DNA of 63,274 nt, counting the filler, from Kipferlia bialata (Eukaryota), in NCBI GenBank assembly GCA_003568945.1. It is 3 parts of 3 records of this genome, joined end to end, with 100 filler letters (N's around TTAATTAATTAA, not from the genome) between each part and the next. Parts side by side here need not be neighbours in the genome. Positions count along the whole stretch, not along the records: positions 42,978 to 63,274 come from BDIP01000285.1; 2 more parts are not named here. The stretch is one strand, 5' to 3'. Both the position numbers and the translations under genes were made by a program. Of the stretch, positions 50,501 to 63,274 are shown in pieces. Position 1 is the stretch's first letter. Each line of letters starts with the position of its first letter. The notes under the pieces were generated by a model, which made no database searches, was not told where the DNA came from, and saw only the letters and a program-made list of their open reading frames with translations.

Positions 50501-53500
50501 ATGGCCATGTTCTAAAGAGGTAGTACCAGAGACAGCTGCCATGGCAGAGGCTAGGGCACTGCTGAGGGTTAGAAATCTACACGATAGGGGAAGTGATGAT
50601 ACGCTAAGGTATATGGTTACATACACACCCTCCCAGGCTCCCCATGGAGACCATCGTCAGGACAGGAGGCATGTTGGCATCGTGCAGGACAAAGTCGAGG
50701 ACCTGAGTATGAGTATTGATTAATACTCTATGCATACACTGCTTCCTAGTGAATGTCTAACCTGCCCCCTTGTGAGTGTGTATGATGGCACACTTCCAGT
50801 CTGCACAGTCGGTGTGAGGTGTCTGTCTGTGCCCTGAGACCCCAGGGCATCCTCGGCCTTCTCAGCTCGGGTGGTCTCTCTTTCTCTCTCCCTCTGTGTC
50901 GATTGGGCGTCTCGAACGTTCATTGACTGGGAGAGGGCTAGGGGGAAGTCACATACTGATGAGACTCTATAGGCTGCTGGAGTGGCTGCCTGGGTAGAGA
51001 AAACCTTTACATGTGTCTGGCCAGAGACAATCTCAACCTAAGAGTCAGCAACTAGACCATAACGGCACACTAAAAGAGCTATCGAATTGTAGGTTACCTT
51101 GACAGATACTCTTCTGGCTCCCATTCCCTCAGTCGGCACAAGCACTTCATACACACCCTCAGTGTCTATGCAAATACCGTACGGTATAAGGGTAGAGCGA
51201 CCGGGTACCATTGGAATCTTTCTAGCGTGACGCAAAGCGCCCTGCACTTATCGTGAGTCTACATACATACAGTTACATATATATATATATATATATACTC
51301 TCACCTGACAGCATATCTGCTACGTAGACATAGGTCCCAGAGCTGCTAACGCGGCATGGCTGGGTGAAGGGAAGAGCAGACCTAGGGGGTACAACAATGG
51401 AGCCATACTCAGCATGCACTCGCTTGGCCCTACCAGGTGGACCCATAAAGACAGAGAGGCCATGGGGGGAGAAGTTGGAGACAACACATCTGGGGGGTGA
51501 GAACGTGTAGAAATTGTGTAACTCAAGATAGAGGTAGGTGCTGGCTGTCTACCTGTATCTGATGGACACCGCCTTGCTCAGCCTATTGGCACACATCTCA
51601 ATGGAGGCCACACATGGGACACCAACCTGGGGGTTATACATACACAGTGATTGTTAATGATAATCCACAATTAACGCATTGACTAGTAACGTACTATCTG
51701 TGTGCCCATCTTGTAGTCCACATCGACCACCCCTGTATGGAGCAGGAAGGGCTCATCTGGGGTCAGAAATGCATATGCACCCACAACAGAATGATCATTG
51801 GCATGTCATACCTGCTGCGTGTCCTGTGACTCTCACTGCATTAGCCTTGTTAATGCTACCTACGGCATTGGAGGCAACACAGTACAGGTTGGCCTGAGCG
51901 TAAGATGTACACAAACAGACAAGCAACTCACAAATACCCATACTTCTCTGGAAATCTGCCCCGAAGAAAGCTGTCCTCATTGTTGCAATCCCAAACATAT
52001 CTGATAGAATCATGCTCTTTGTACCTGTGACACCCACCTTATCCTCCCTGGCCTCTGTGTCTGGATCGTCCTTCCTGTCTGTGGTGGCTGTCCCGAACAT
52101 GGCAGTCTCATTGTGCTGCAGGCGCTGGATGTGGCACTTGTCCATGGGCTAGTGGGTGAGAGGGAGCCTCTCCCTATATATGAAGTAATACCTATATATT
52201 AAAGAGTGATACACTCCCGTACCCTGAGGGGTGCCCATCCCTTCTGGATGGCGGTGGCTAGGGTGTGGTCGGTCAGTTCATTGCGGATCTGGAATGAAAA
52301 GATGTACCGAAGGGAAAGAAGAAGATGGATGGGATATATATCATACCATGTATGGAGGGAACAGGCGCAACACGGCGATGCCAGCGCTTGGCCTGAGATC
52401 AAAGTCCATTCCCACCCTGAGCACCCGCCTTCCCCGGTTTCTAATCGATATCTCCCTCTCGGTATCAACGTTCTTAGCCAAGGCCCCTCCAGCGAGAAGT
52501 GGAATCGGAGAGTGTGGGAACCTAGTCCAGTCCGCTGTGAACACCTCCACCGGATCCTCTGCCGCATAGCCTCTCTTGTCCATGGAGAACTTGGCAAAAG
52601 AGAGGTCCTGGTTGTGTATGACAAAGGGCACGTCCAGGTTGGAGTTAGCCGCCACATTGAGAGAGAGCAGGTTGCCCCTTCTCTCTCCTTTGGTGGCTGC
52701 ATTGAGGGTGACAGTGATAGCACAAGGAGTGTCATTGACCAGCCTCAGCGCAGGCTGTATGTCCACCACCCTCGCACTCTCTGTGGTCTGTCTACCCAGT
52801 CTCGTCCGTGTAGCTCTGTGGAGGTTGGTGGAGAGATGCACAAACACGGCAGTACCCGTCTTGGTCCCTGTGCCACAGGCTATGTTGCCAACTGTGGGAG
52901 AGATAGGTGCCCTTGAAAGCTGGAATGCCTTAGTGTATGTCATGGCATGACGCCACTGGACCAGGGGGTCCTCGCACCCATTGTAGGAGTGCCCTGCGAA
53001 GAAGGTGTCACTGGCCAGCCCTGCCACAGACTGAGGGGGCCCACTCTCAAGGGGACACATCTGCACTAGGTCTCTCCCCATGGCAGTGTGTGTGAGGGGT
53101 AGGTACAACACCTCACCAGGGACTAGGACTGACTCCACTGGACGCCCCTCGAGTAGCTGAGAGGTAGACACACGAACCTTGACGTCTGTCTGGAAACGGT
53201 TTCTGACAGCATACTGGAGTAAGTAGTAGAATGAATAGTGAAACATGTATAAGGTGGAGCACTAACCTTTGATGTGATGGACACCGTTGTCTGGATACCA
53301 GTCAATGCCACTGTGACAAAGACTGGGTAGCCAGCGGTAGCAGCAGCCCCAGTAGCAGACGCACTCTTGACGTAGTATACATACTCTCCAGGCTGAGACA
53401 CAGGCACACCCAGTAGGGGCTGGAAGGGTCTGCCAAAGAGGATGTCGACCTCAGTTTTGGGCACTCCCTCAGCGTCTTCCACATCCTCTACAGCTAGGTC

Positions 53501-56500
53501 CAGACCCTCACTGGCCTTGGTTCTGAGGACAGAGAAGGCGCACCCAGCCGTAACAGAGTCAACTGCCAGACCCACTGCCTCACTGACCTGCTGTGCAGAC
53601 TCTACAGTGTTTACAGCACCGAGACACCCATCAGAGAGTACCTCAGATACACAGTGCACGTAAGAGTCAGGGGGGGTAGTGGCTGGACGGGCAACCACTA
53701 GCACAGGCAGACCCGTCTGATTGGTCATCAGGAACTCGGAGATGCCTGTGATTAGGTTGCATAAAAAATTTATAATACAGTGTATAGCAAATACTTGAGT
53801 GCAACATACCCTCATCTGCCGCAGAGTGCTGACTGTCTGTGTTGGTGGCCTGCTCGAAGGCTGTATTCAGGACCTCTCCCGCTGCTGCCAAAGCACATAT
53901 TGCATCCTCAGGAAGGTGCAGATACACTGTACCCTGGTCAGCCCCTGCTACAGTCATGGATACAGACGTACCCTCCACCTGTCTGTCCTTGCCCCTGATA
54001 GCCTGGGTGGACAGACTCTGGGCTAGGGATGCAGTGAGTATCACGGGCTGCAGGAGGTTGTTGTACCCCAGGGCAGAGTGGTCGTAGTACCGCACCCTCA
54101 GACCTGATACAATCTCTGCACTGAGGTCTGTCTGTCTCATGGCAGCGGAGAGGGCAACGGTGGGTACGGACAGCTCTATCAGGGGGTGGTTGAGGGCAGA
54201 CCTGAGCAGGATATCCATGCATGCTGTCTGGACCGTAGCATTCATGAAGACAGGTGCCTTGGATGGCTGTACAGTTATAGACTCAGCCTCCTCAGTGGAG
54301 CTAAGCAGGCCCTTGGCTGATGGCTCTCCCTCTGACTCTGCTCCACTGGAGGGTGTGGATGTAGCAGGAGCGACAGCTGACAGACCGTTTAGGGCAGATA
54401 GTACAGTGTGCATCTGAGCCCCACTGAGGCTAACATCCACTGTCTTCTCTACTGTGGCACTAACATCCATGAATGTGGCGCTGCTGTACTGGTCACAGAT
54501 GAAGGAGGCTGCCACTAGGCCACTCTCTGGTGATGTATCTGAGGACTGTGGGAATGCACTGGAGACACTAGCTACACAGGGATCCAGGCTCTGCATAGAT
54601 ACAACAACCTTGACAGGCCCGCAGGCCAAAACAGGGAGGTCGTTGCTGGAAGGGTGAGTACAACACTAGAATATGCATATAGGCGATGAGGGTATCCATA
54701 CCGGTGTCTGGGCTGGTTGTATGTGTGGAGTGACAGAGTGTGCATGCTGGCGTGGAGATCTATGTCCTGGATGGCACCCCTCTCGTAGAGGTGCTTGGTG
54801 AGTGTAAGAGCAACACTTGCCGAGGTCCCAAGTGACACAACGGGAGCATTGCCAGACGAAGCCTTGTGTGAGTGTAAATATTGGAGTAATGGCAGTCATA
54901 ACACAATGTGGAAGATGATACAATGGTAGTCCTTACCTGAGTTGGCAGACTGACTCTGAGCTTAGAGGCAATGTCTACAAAGACGGTGGCCCCCATTCCC
55001 TTCCCTCTGCCTAGCAATGTGGAACATGCGGTAAGGGATGGCTTGGCCAGAGAGAGAGACACTCCCCCACCCAGGGAGGGTAGGGCTGTCTCCCCTCTCT
55101 CTGCCTTGGGTGCATAGTGTGTGGGTAGGTACTTGGCCAGAGACGCAAAGACACCAGTGGTACCAGGAGTCACCACTGACTCAGCGGATACTACAATCTC
55201 CAGTGCACCTGGGTCCCCTTGTACCATACCAAGCTCCGATGCCTCGCCCAAGGACACCCCCTCATCAGCGAGAGAGAGTGTGGTGGGTTCCAGTGACGGA
55301 GAGTATGTGGCTGTATCATACACTGGCACAGGGGTCTCAGTGGCAAAGAAGTCTCCGAGGGCAGAGAGAGAGCAGGGCACAGCAGTGACGGCTAGGGTAG
55401 ACGTGTGACCACTGACTGTGATGTTCCCAGAGGTGGCGTCAAGCTTCACCTGGGTTGAGAGTAGATACAGCTACCTTCAATAGTTGCGAAAATACTAGTG
55501 CTAGCAGGAGCTCACCTTCAGAGATACAGGCAACTTGTCTCCCTCTTGGTGTAGTGCTATCAGAGATCTGAACGCGGTGTCTATCTGGGATGTGGTAGTG
55601 TTATCTCTGACACTGACTTCCTGTCCAATCATGACCCCGCAGCTAGTCTCTGTGCCACTCTGGGATACTTGTGCAGAGAGACCCTTCACAACACAGTCAA
55701 AGGAGCCTAGGGTGAGCAATGTATATAGGTTAAGCGAAAATGGAGGTACTAGATACCTTCGGAAACGCCATCAGTATCTGTAAGCAGGCGTAGCAGAACA
55801 GATGGACATGCAATCTCGCAGGATAGAGTGGCGCCCACATCCGGTACAGCTGTGACAAGGTCGTCGACCTGGGTGAGCCATGCGATAACGGTAAAAGGCA
55901 AAAGACCCATTAGTGGTCATTTGTAGATTTACCTTAGACACGAGTACGTTGACTGAGGCGTCCCCCTCCTCCTCTGGCTCAGCCTTTGCATCATGTGCGT
56001 CAGGCACACTCTGTCCCCCTATGTTGGTACCCTCATCAGCGAAGGATGCGAGGAAGAGGTACTGCTCTTTGCTCAGGGTCATACTCACGGGTTGGGCATT
56101 GTTGGACTGGTCACTCTCCCCAATGACCAGCTTGACTACTGTATCTGCTACATCAGCACTCTCAGAGGCGGGGCATTCTATGGGGCTCTCCAGGGTGACA
56201 CCCATACCAAATGGTGTGAGGAATGACTGGGAGGTATCTCCAACCACAGTCTGACCCTGGATGCCAGAGACAATGCACGATATCTCCTTGCACGGGTACT
56301 CAGATGTACCGTCATCACTGATGGTGTACTGGGTCGACATCTCGAGGGTGGTGCCACTGATACTGAAGATTAGAAAATGGATGACAACGTGATGAGATGT
56401 ACTTGAGACTCAGTATGAGAGGGCCTTACCTGATGTGGTCACTGCCAGCATCCATCCAGGGCACAATGACCTCCGGTACAAGGCCTGTCACAGATATGTT

Positions 56501-59500
56501 GACAAGAGATGGTTCAGCCTGGGGGTCAATAACTGCTTAACAAGGCCACTCTAAAATATGATATATAGCATCTTCAAATAAGCTTACCTGTGACACTAAA
56601 GATGCGGCCATGGTCGCAGATGCCGCCCCTACATACTCCTCAGAGGCAGATATCATGGAGGCTATGCCCTCTGCGTCGCCCTCCTGTGCACTGAAGAACT
56701 CGGACACCCTCGTGACATACTCCGCAGAGTATACTACACACAGCCTCTGCTGCAGCTCCAGGGCCACCTCACTCGCATACCCTGAGGAAGGGCTCTGGCT
56801 GAAGGTGACCCTCATCAGAGAGGGGGTGTCCTCAGTGACAGTGTCTGTGGGTAGGGTGGACACTATGCGGCCTCTGTAAACATCCTGCCTGCCGTCTGTC
56901 ACTGTTACACCCCCCAGACACACATCGCAGTGGGTGGTGCCGTCAGGGGTTAGCAGCACAGTGCCGCAAACCTAGGGTGAACAGTTACTCCATAGATACA
57001 GACTAGCCATAGAGGCATAGATGTTCATGACAGCAGATATGCACCCCCACCTTGGTGACGTCGACAGTGGTCACTGGCCCCTCTGCCCTGAGGTGTGTGC
57101 TAATACCAGCCACATCGAAGCTGGCTCTAATAGATGGATTACTGGGTGCCAGAAGGTGCCTGAAGCCAGGGGTCAGGGGAGGAAGGGCACGTATCTGCTC
57201 AAAGACAGAGTTGTCCACTTGCTGCTTCAGTTCCTGGCGGGTAAGGTCGAGTAAGTTCAAGAGTATTGTACTCCCTATTAGTCACATTCCACCCACCTGT
57301 ATAGCGTTACCGCCCTGGGACACTGCGTCTGTTAGTGCTGCCACTGCAGCCCCTGCCTCATCCTGCACCATCCTAGTAGTCTCCTCGGCCAGTCTAGTGA
57401 GACGGTTCAGAGACTCCCTAGGGGGTAAGAAGTGTGTAACAAGCAAACACGAAGCAACGTATGTGTGCAGTGCACAGATATTACCTAGCGAGTAAGACTG
57501 ATATCAGACTGACGTCTAGATGCACATCCTGGCATGGGGTGTCCTGGGTAGTGCCCCCTGACAGCATAGCAGCCACACTGGTAGGCGCCGTGTAGGAGAG
57601 ACTGAGGAACTTGGTTGCATTGTCACCACCCTGCTGGGACCCAGCTGTGACAAGCGGGTCACCCTTGTAACCGAGTACCTGCACCTGCCCCACAGAGACA
57701 CTCCCCTCTGTGCGTGTAGCATGTACGGCCACCCTACCCTCTACCCCAGTCATACCAGCCGAGAACTCTCTCTGTCCCATGTCGTCGTCAAAGGTGACGC
57801 CCAGTCTGTGGACAGAGAAGTCTAGGACAGAGAAGCAGAAAGTGTCGAGGATGCTCTGGTCAACCCCGTCTGCCCTGAAAACAGCGGAGACAGCCTCGGT
57901 CCAGTCCACTTCAGTAGTGGTGGGGGTAGTGATTGGCTCTGTGTCTGTATGTGTCTCTGCAGAAGGGGCTGGTGAGGCGGCGTCTGGGGACAGAGAGCCT
58001 GGCGGTGAGACGAAGAGTAAGGCATCAACATACACAAACAGTTACGTACATATCTCTAGTGATAAGAGTAAATATAGTAATACCACCCACCCATCATCAT
58101 GTCTCTCTTGCTGGACAGGGCACCGGTCAGGTTGTGTATCACCCTACTGCCACCCCTCAGGGACTGGGGTCAGGATAAGAACCACATAATCAGTGCATTC
58201 ACAGACCTTTCTTAACACTATTTACACCTAGAACGCACACATTAATAATGTCTATCCTACCTCTCCTGTTACTGTCAGGGACAGACCGTCCAGGGCGGCA
58301 TAGAGATGAATCCTAGGTACATCGACACCCCCTAGACTCCTGGCCACAAACAACTCGGTCGAGAGACCTACACGTTAGGTCGCAGTAAGAGTAGGGTTAG
58401 TCACAATCAGGGTATATTGAATTAACACGTTACAACTACTGGAATTACAGGACTAAGGACGTCAAGTTCAAGAGAGTAACTGCGAGCATCTCCTACCTGA
58501 CAGTATGGATAGCACCCCTGCCTCCCTAGGTACAGGGGGCGCAGAGGGGGCAACAGCATCTACAAACTGAACAAAGGCTGCATGGGAGGGGCAGAAACAC
58601 ACCTCAGTGTCCTGGTGTTAAATAGGCACAAAGTATATATATCAACCAGTAACAACTCAAGTGGTTACCTGGAAAGCCAGAGAGTATGTATCGTAGCTCA
58701 GAGGCCTGCCGGTCCCCTCTTCCTTAGGCCCAGCTAGCTTCTGAGAGAAGACTGCGCTTGAGGGGCTATCCTTGACACTGGGGTAAGCAGGAAAACAGCA
58801 AACAAAATACTAGATACAAAGAGACATATGCTAAGCATATCATGATATACCCACCTGAGGCTCCCGAGGTTGACCACCAACACCCCACAGTCTGTGTCGC
58901 CAGGGTAACAGGCAGAGGGTACGGCTAGGATGGGGGCAGCTATCGACACGTCCAGATGCATGGTGCGGACCTAGGGTTAGGTATCCGTGATGAGTCATAG
59001 AGACCACTATACACTTTCGGTTGTATTAGCAATACAATATAGCTCTATTATTATGACTCAAAGTACCAGCATAACTCTGGTTAGTAATACCGAAATATTC
59101 TGCGATAGAGACTCACCTGCTGTGCCGCTGTGCTGAATATGCTCTGTGCAAAGTCTGACACTGCCTGGGTGTCAAGGTCCAGGGTGCTCTGTGCACCGGT
59201 AGGTGACTCAGCGAGTGAGGCAGATGGAGGTAAGGGGGACAGCTCCCCCTCTGTACGTATCTGTGCCATGGAGGAGGTGATCCTGTCACCTAGGCGCTGG
59301 GCCCTGGGGGTCAGCCACATACTGGATTCACATATACACCAGAGAGGTAAAGTAATAATAAGAAGAAACACTGTGAATTGTGTTCATACATAGAGACACA
59401 TACCTTGTCACAAATGCTGGTGGCACAACGACCAAGAGGGGCAGCGACTGAACAGTGACAGAGCCAAGGTTGCGTTTGGCCTTTAGTAAGTCTTCATAAC

Positions 59501-62500
59501 AGCACAAATGGTGTGTCACGTTTACACAGTTTCCATACATATACACCCCACCTGCATGTTGACGTCATACTTGACAGACAGGAACGAGGATAGCTGGGTC
59601 CCAGCCTGCACATCCCCTCGGTTGAGGGTGGATATGATCTCAGGATACACAGCACCAGAGTCAACTGCGGTGAGGTTGGATGTGACAGGGTTGAGTTAAT
59701 ACTAATTCTTTGCCAGTAGGAAATGTATATATTGTGTCAAATACCAAGCCATATGTATTCATATTGAATGTATCACACACTCATATAAAATAAGGAAGGG
59801 AGTATACATGTATTCACATGTCTGAACCTGAGTCATCGGTGAGGGATATGCACTTGATACTAGCACTTCCGGTGAGCTGCTTGGACGCAGAGAGGACGTT
59901 GTCGAGGTCCAGACCCTATATGGTTGGGTATATGAAATTGACGCGTATACTTGAAATATATATGCAAAGATAATGGTGGTCAACGGCTCCCTAAACTACC
60001 ATGGAAGAGATGGGATCCTGTAATACCATATTCAATTTCATAATCCCTAATGTATATCCACACCCACACTCACCTCGAGGTGGAATGACCCAAATGGTGC
60101 AATTGTGTATGGAGACCCCACGTCTGTGACTGCCTGTCTCTGTTGCTCTGCTACTGCACCCTGACTCTTTATTACATCGAGTGCAGTCTGCATAGGGGCA
60201 GAGGGGTCCAGGACATGCTCGTTGACCTGGGGGGTAGAGTAACTCTAAAAAATGTATATGTGTGGGTAACACTTAAATGCTTCTTGACCCGGTCGTTGTG
60301 ATGAAAGGAGTCAGGTACAAAAGTAATACACCCACCTGAATATCCACGCTCTCCATTGAGAAGTCCAGCGTGACTGTCTTGCCCTTCCTAGCCTTGCCCT
60401 CGGCCTCCATCTCCTCCCTCACCCTCTGTGCCTCCTGGGCCTCCTTGGTCAGGGTGGGGCCTAGCATACCTATGCGCACAATCTCACCCTCGAGCAGTTC
60501 CATTGGTACCTGAGCCAGGGCAGCCTAAAGAGGTTAGTGGGGGTGATTCCAAATAACTGCACTTACTGCGTTATGATATTTCTTACACTGTACCTTTCTC
60601 TCCTTCTTCCCCATCTGAGCAAGGTCTGCCACTCCGTGCTCCTTGAGTGCCGCTATGGCTATCTCGCGGTACTTGATGAGGTCGGCAGAGGGGATCCACT
60701 TCTCCAGCAGAGCCTAGGGTAAGTGTGGTTAACGGGCTAGGGTTTTCGCATGGAGTGTTGTCGTCTATATACCAGTATCATATGCGTATGTTCATGGCAC
60801 CTTCTTGTCCCTCTCGTCACTGGATAGAGGGGATGTACGGGCTCCAACGTCACAACCCAGGGTCCTGGGAGATGAGGATTCATAGATGCATAGAGCACAT
60901 ATACACACTATGATAGGAGCATCGGTGGCAGGGTATACACTGTATGCCGCACCTGTAGTAGAGGTTGACGTATGCACTCTTGCTCTCTCTGTTGATGTGC
61001 ATGGCCTTCTGTTGCACTGCCTGTCTGTCCACATAGGTGGACAGGGGGTGGATGCCCATGACCCTCTTGCCAAGGGCAGTCAGGGCTATGACCTGATTGA
61101 TAAACATGCATACACTATACTATAAACATTGTAAGGAGAGGAGTGAGTGGCTGAACAATACTATATACATACTAAGTGGTAGTTCAAAGAACCTGATGGT
61201 CGCTCAAGGTCAATGCTAGTGCTGTCATGTCAAGGCCGGCCTTGACTGCAGAGCCAGCGCCAGAGAGGGACAGACGGACCTGGTATTGGTGTTCAGATAT
61301 TGCAGACCCCCTAAATACTACAACAACTAATATAGAATGTATATACGTATATACACGAACCTTGAGAGACACTGGTTCCAGCACCATCTCCAGTCCCATC
61401 TGTCTGGGGTCCCTGAGCACACGTCTGGGTGAGGGTAATTAATGATACACCTACGTAGAATGACAACACGCATGGGTACACATATACACTACAAATACAT
61501 ACCTCATGAAGTCTGTCTGCATATGTGTATCACCACATGTAGACACAGCTGAGAAGTGGGGGTCTGCGTATACAGCAAAGGACTGCAGGTGCATCAGCTT
61601 GCGCACCACACCGTTCTCATCCTTGCCCTTGTCTGCTGCAGCCGATCCCTATTAGTGTTAGGGACATACTGTACAAGATTCACTATTTATACATATCCCT
61701 AAATGCTAATTGATGCTTAGGGGGTGCAAAGCAGTAACTTGCACTCGTCCAAACATGTACCCAGATATGTACTATACATCCACCCCTACCTCTGTCCAGT
61801 CACTGGTAGCTGTGCACACTGTGAGCGACTGTACCATGGCACCCACGCAGAGGGGGGCGGCACAGGCAGAGGTGTCCTCGAACCTAGGGTGAGATGCACT
61901 ATCAATATCGATATATATACTGATAGACATATGTATACCTGGTACTTGTATACATACACACATATATACATGTATATATACTGGATATACCCTCACCTGA
62001 CGTGCAGGTCCGTGAGCTCCACCCTGAGGTTGTTGACAATGAGGGGGGACAGCTTGGCAGTGACAGAGGACACCATCCTAGGGGTGAGGGGGGGGGGGCG
62101 GAGAGTGGAAGATACCAGTCTCCCATATTACCTTGAGAACAGGCCTGTCTCCTTCTTGCCCTTGATCTGCTGGGCATGCTTGGTGTGCCAGTCCTGGGAG
62201 GTAGTCACTTGTTGAATGATATATCAATGTGCACTCCCATACATATATGAGTGTGAATATATGGTACGTATGCTTGGTGTGCCAGTCCTGGGGGGTAGAG
62301 GTATTAACTAAACACTATATGTATATATATATATGTGGGTGAGAATGTATACCTCAAGTATCTTTCCCTTGAGCGTGCACACTAATAATGACACCAATGA
62401 ATATATACACACACTATAAGTATATATACTAATACATATTTATATACCTCGAGTGTCTTTGCCTTGTCCTTGAGTGTTGACTCTAGGGCAGCCTGCACAG

Positions 62501-63007
62501 TCTCAGGGGTGTATACACCTGGGGGTAAGGAACAGATAGACACTGGTATGGTAGACTTGAAAGCCGACGTAGTAATAATTTGGCAGATAACTCCTGGGTC
62601 CTCATAGAGCACCATGAGTGAGACATATAGATACCGATGGTATAATGACACTACTTCTGGATAGCTGGAGCAGATTACTATGCACCTGCATTCTCTCCTG
62701 GGGGCTCCAGCAGGACAAGGACTCCCTGATGTTAGACAAAGGAGTAATCTGACACTGAACACTAGCTATTAGTACACATATGCTACTAATAGTGGACCTT
62801 GCACTACACCGATATGAGGGGTACATTGAATACTGAATATAACTACATACATATATATATATATACAATACATATATAGTGTACTATTGTAAGTACCTTG
62901 CACTGCACCGCTATGCCCTTGGAGGGGTTGGACCAGGGTATGTCCACTAGCAGATGCTCAATGCAGCCATACTTGATACCCACACCAGGGAGGGTCTTCT
63001 CTAAGGC
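47574..63007 (-). CDS. VPS13: VPS13 family bridge-like lipid transfer protein, many exons; first exon(s) off the window
   Basis: Chorein_N ALEKTLPGVGIKYGCIEHLLVDIPWSN, IVNNLRVELTDLHVRFED, RKLMHLQSFAVY, HLDVSIAAPILAVP...VVNLGSL; VAB repeats (LRLVNDTP, LFPPYMIRNEL); ATG_C GVADGIITGVTGLALNPIRE...KGLFGGLKKGVFGLVAAP. Confidence 0.9.
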
Positions 63008-63274
63008 CTATGGGTAAGACGGGTGGGGAGAGAGAGAGACAAACAAAGATACAGAGAGAGAGAGAAGAAAGAGAAAGAGAACGGGGGAGAGAATACGAGA
63101 GAGGAAGAGTATGTGGATAAGGATGAGGGGCAATGGTGAATATATGACTCAGCTTAAACCCTGACCTAGAGACTTCACGCATTATATGATAGTTTGTGCA
63201 TAAAGAGAGAAGACAACGAGAGTTGTTGGGAGGGGGGGGGGGGGGGGGGGGGGGGACATACACATACGGGGTGT

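Noticed and set aside
44741..63007. Ceramide synthase next to VPS13 as a lipid 'gene cluster'
   Set aside because: Two adjacent convergent eukaryotic genes give no evidence of functional clustering

Overview
Eukaryotic, intron-dense DNA. By inference it is a fornicate/metamonad protist, most consistent with Kipferlia bialata: short GT-AG introns full of (TA)n/(GA)n/poly-C, branch point fused to the 3' splice site, and a Giardia-type cyst wall protein. The window is three unrelated scaffolds joined by artificial N-TTAATTAATTAA-N spacers (1-19885, 19986-42877, 42978-63274). Scaffold 1 (all minus strand): an FG-GAP repeat secreted protein (partial), a complete cyst-wall-protein-like LRR gene, and a giant (>5,200 aa visible) Ig/EGF/REJ/GPS polycystin-1-like membrane protein. 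Scaffold 2: an N-terminal Vps45/Sec1 fragment abutting a dipeptidyl peptidase III gene at a poly-C tract, an apparently intronless internally duplicated ORF, a MIF4G-like gene and an importin-beta gene. Scaffold 3: a hypothetical gene, a ceramide synthase (LAG1/TLC) and a near-complete VPS13. The most striking unexplained signal is 'exon echoes': 20-45 bp copies of exon ends, complete with their splice site, repeated about 100 bp away inside the flanking introns and differing from the true exon almost only at synonymous positions. Exon structures were read by eye and are approximate.
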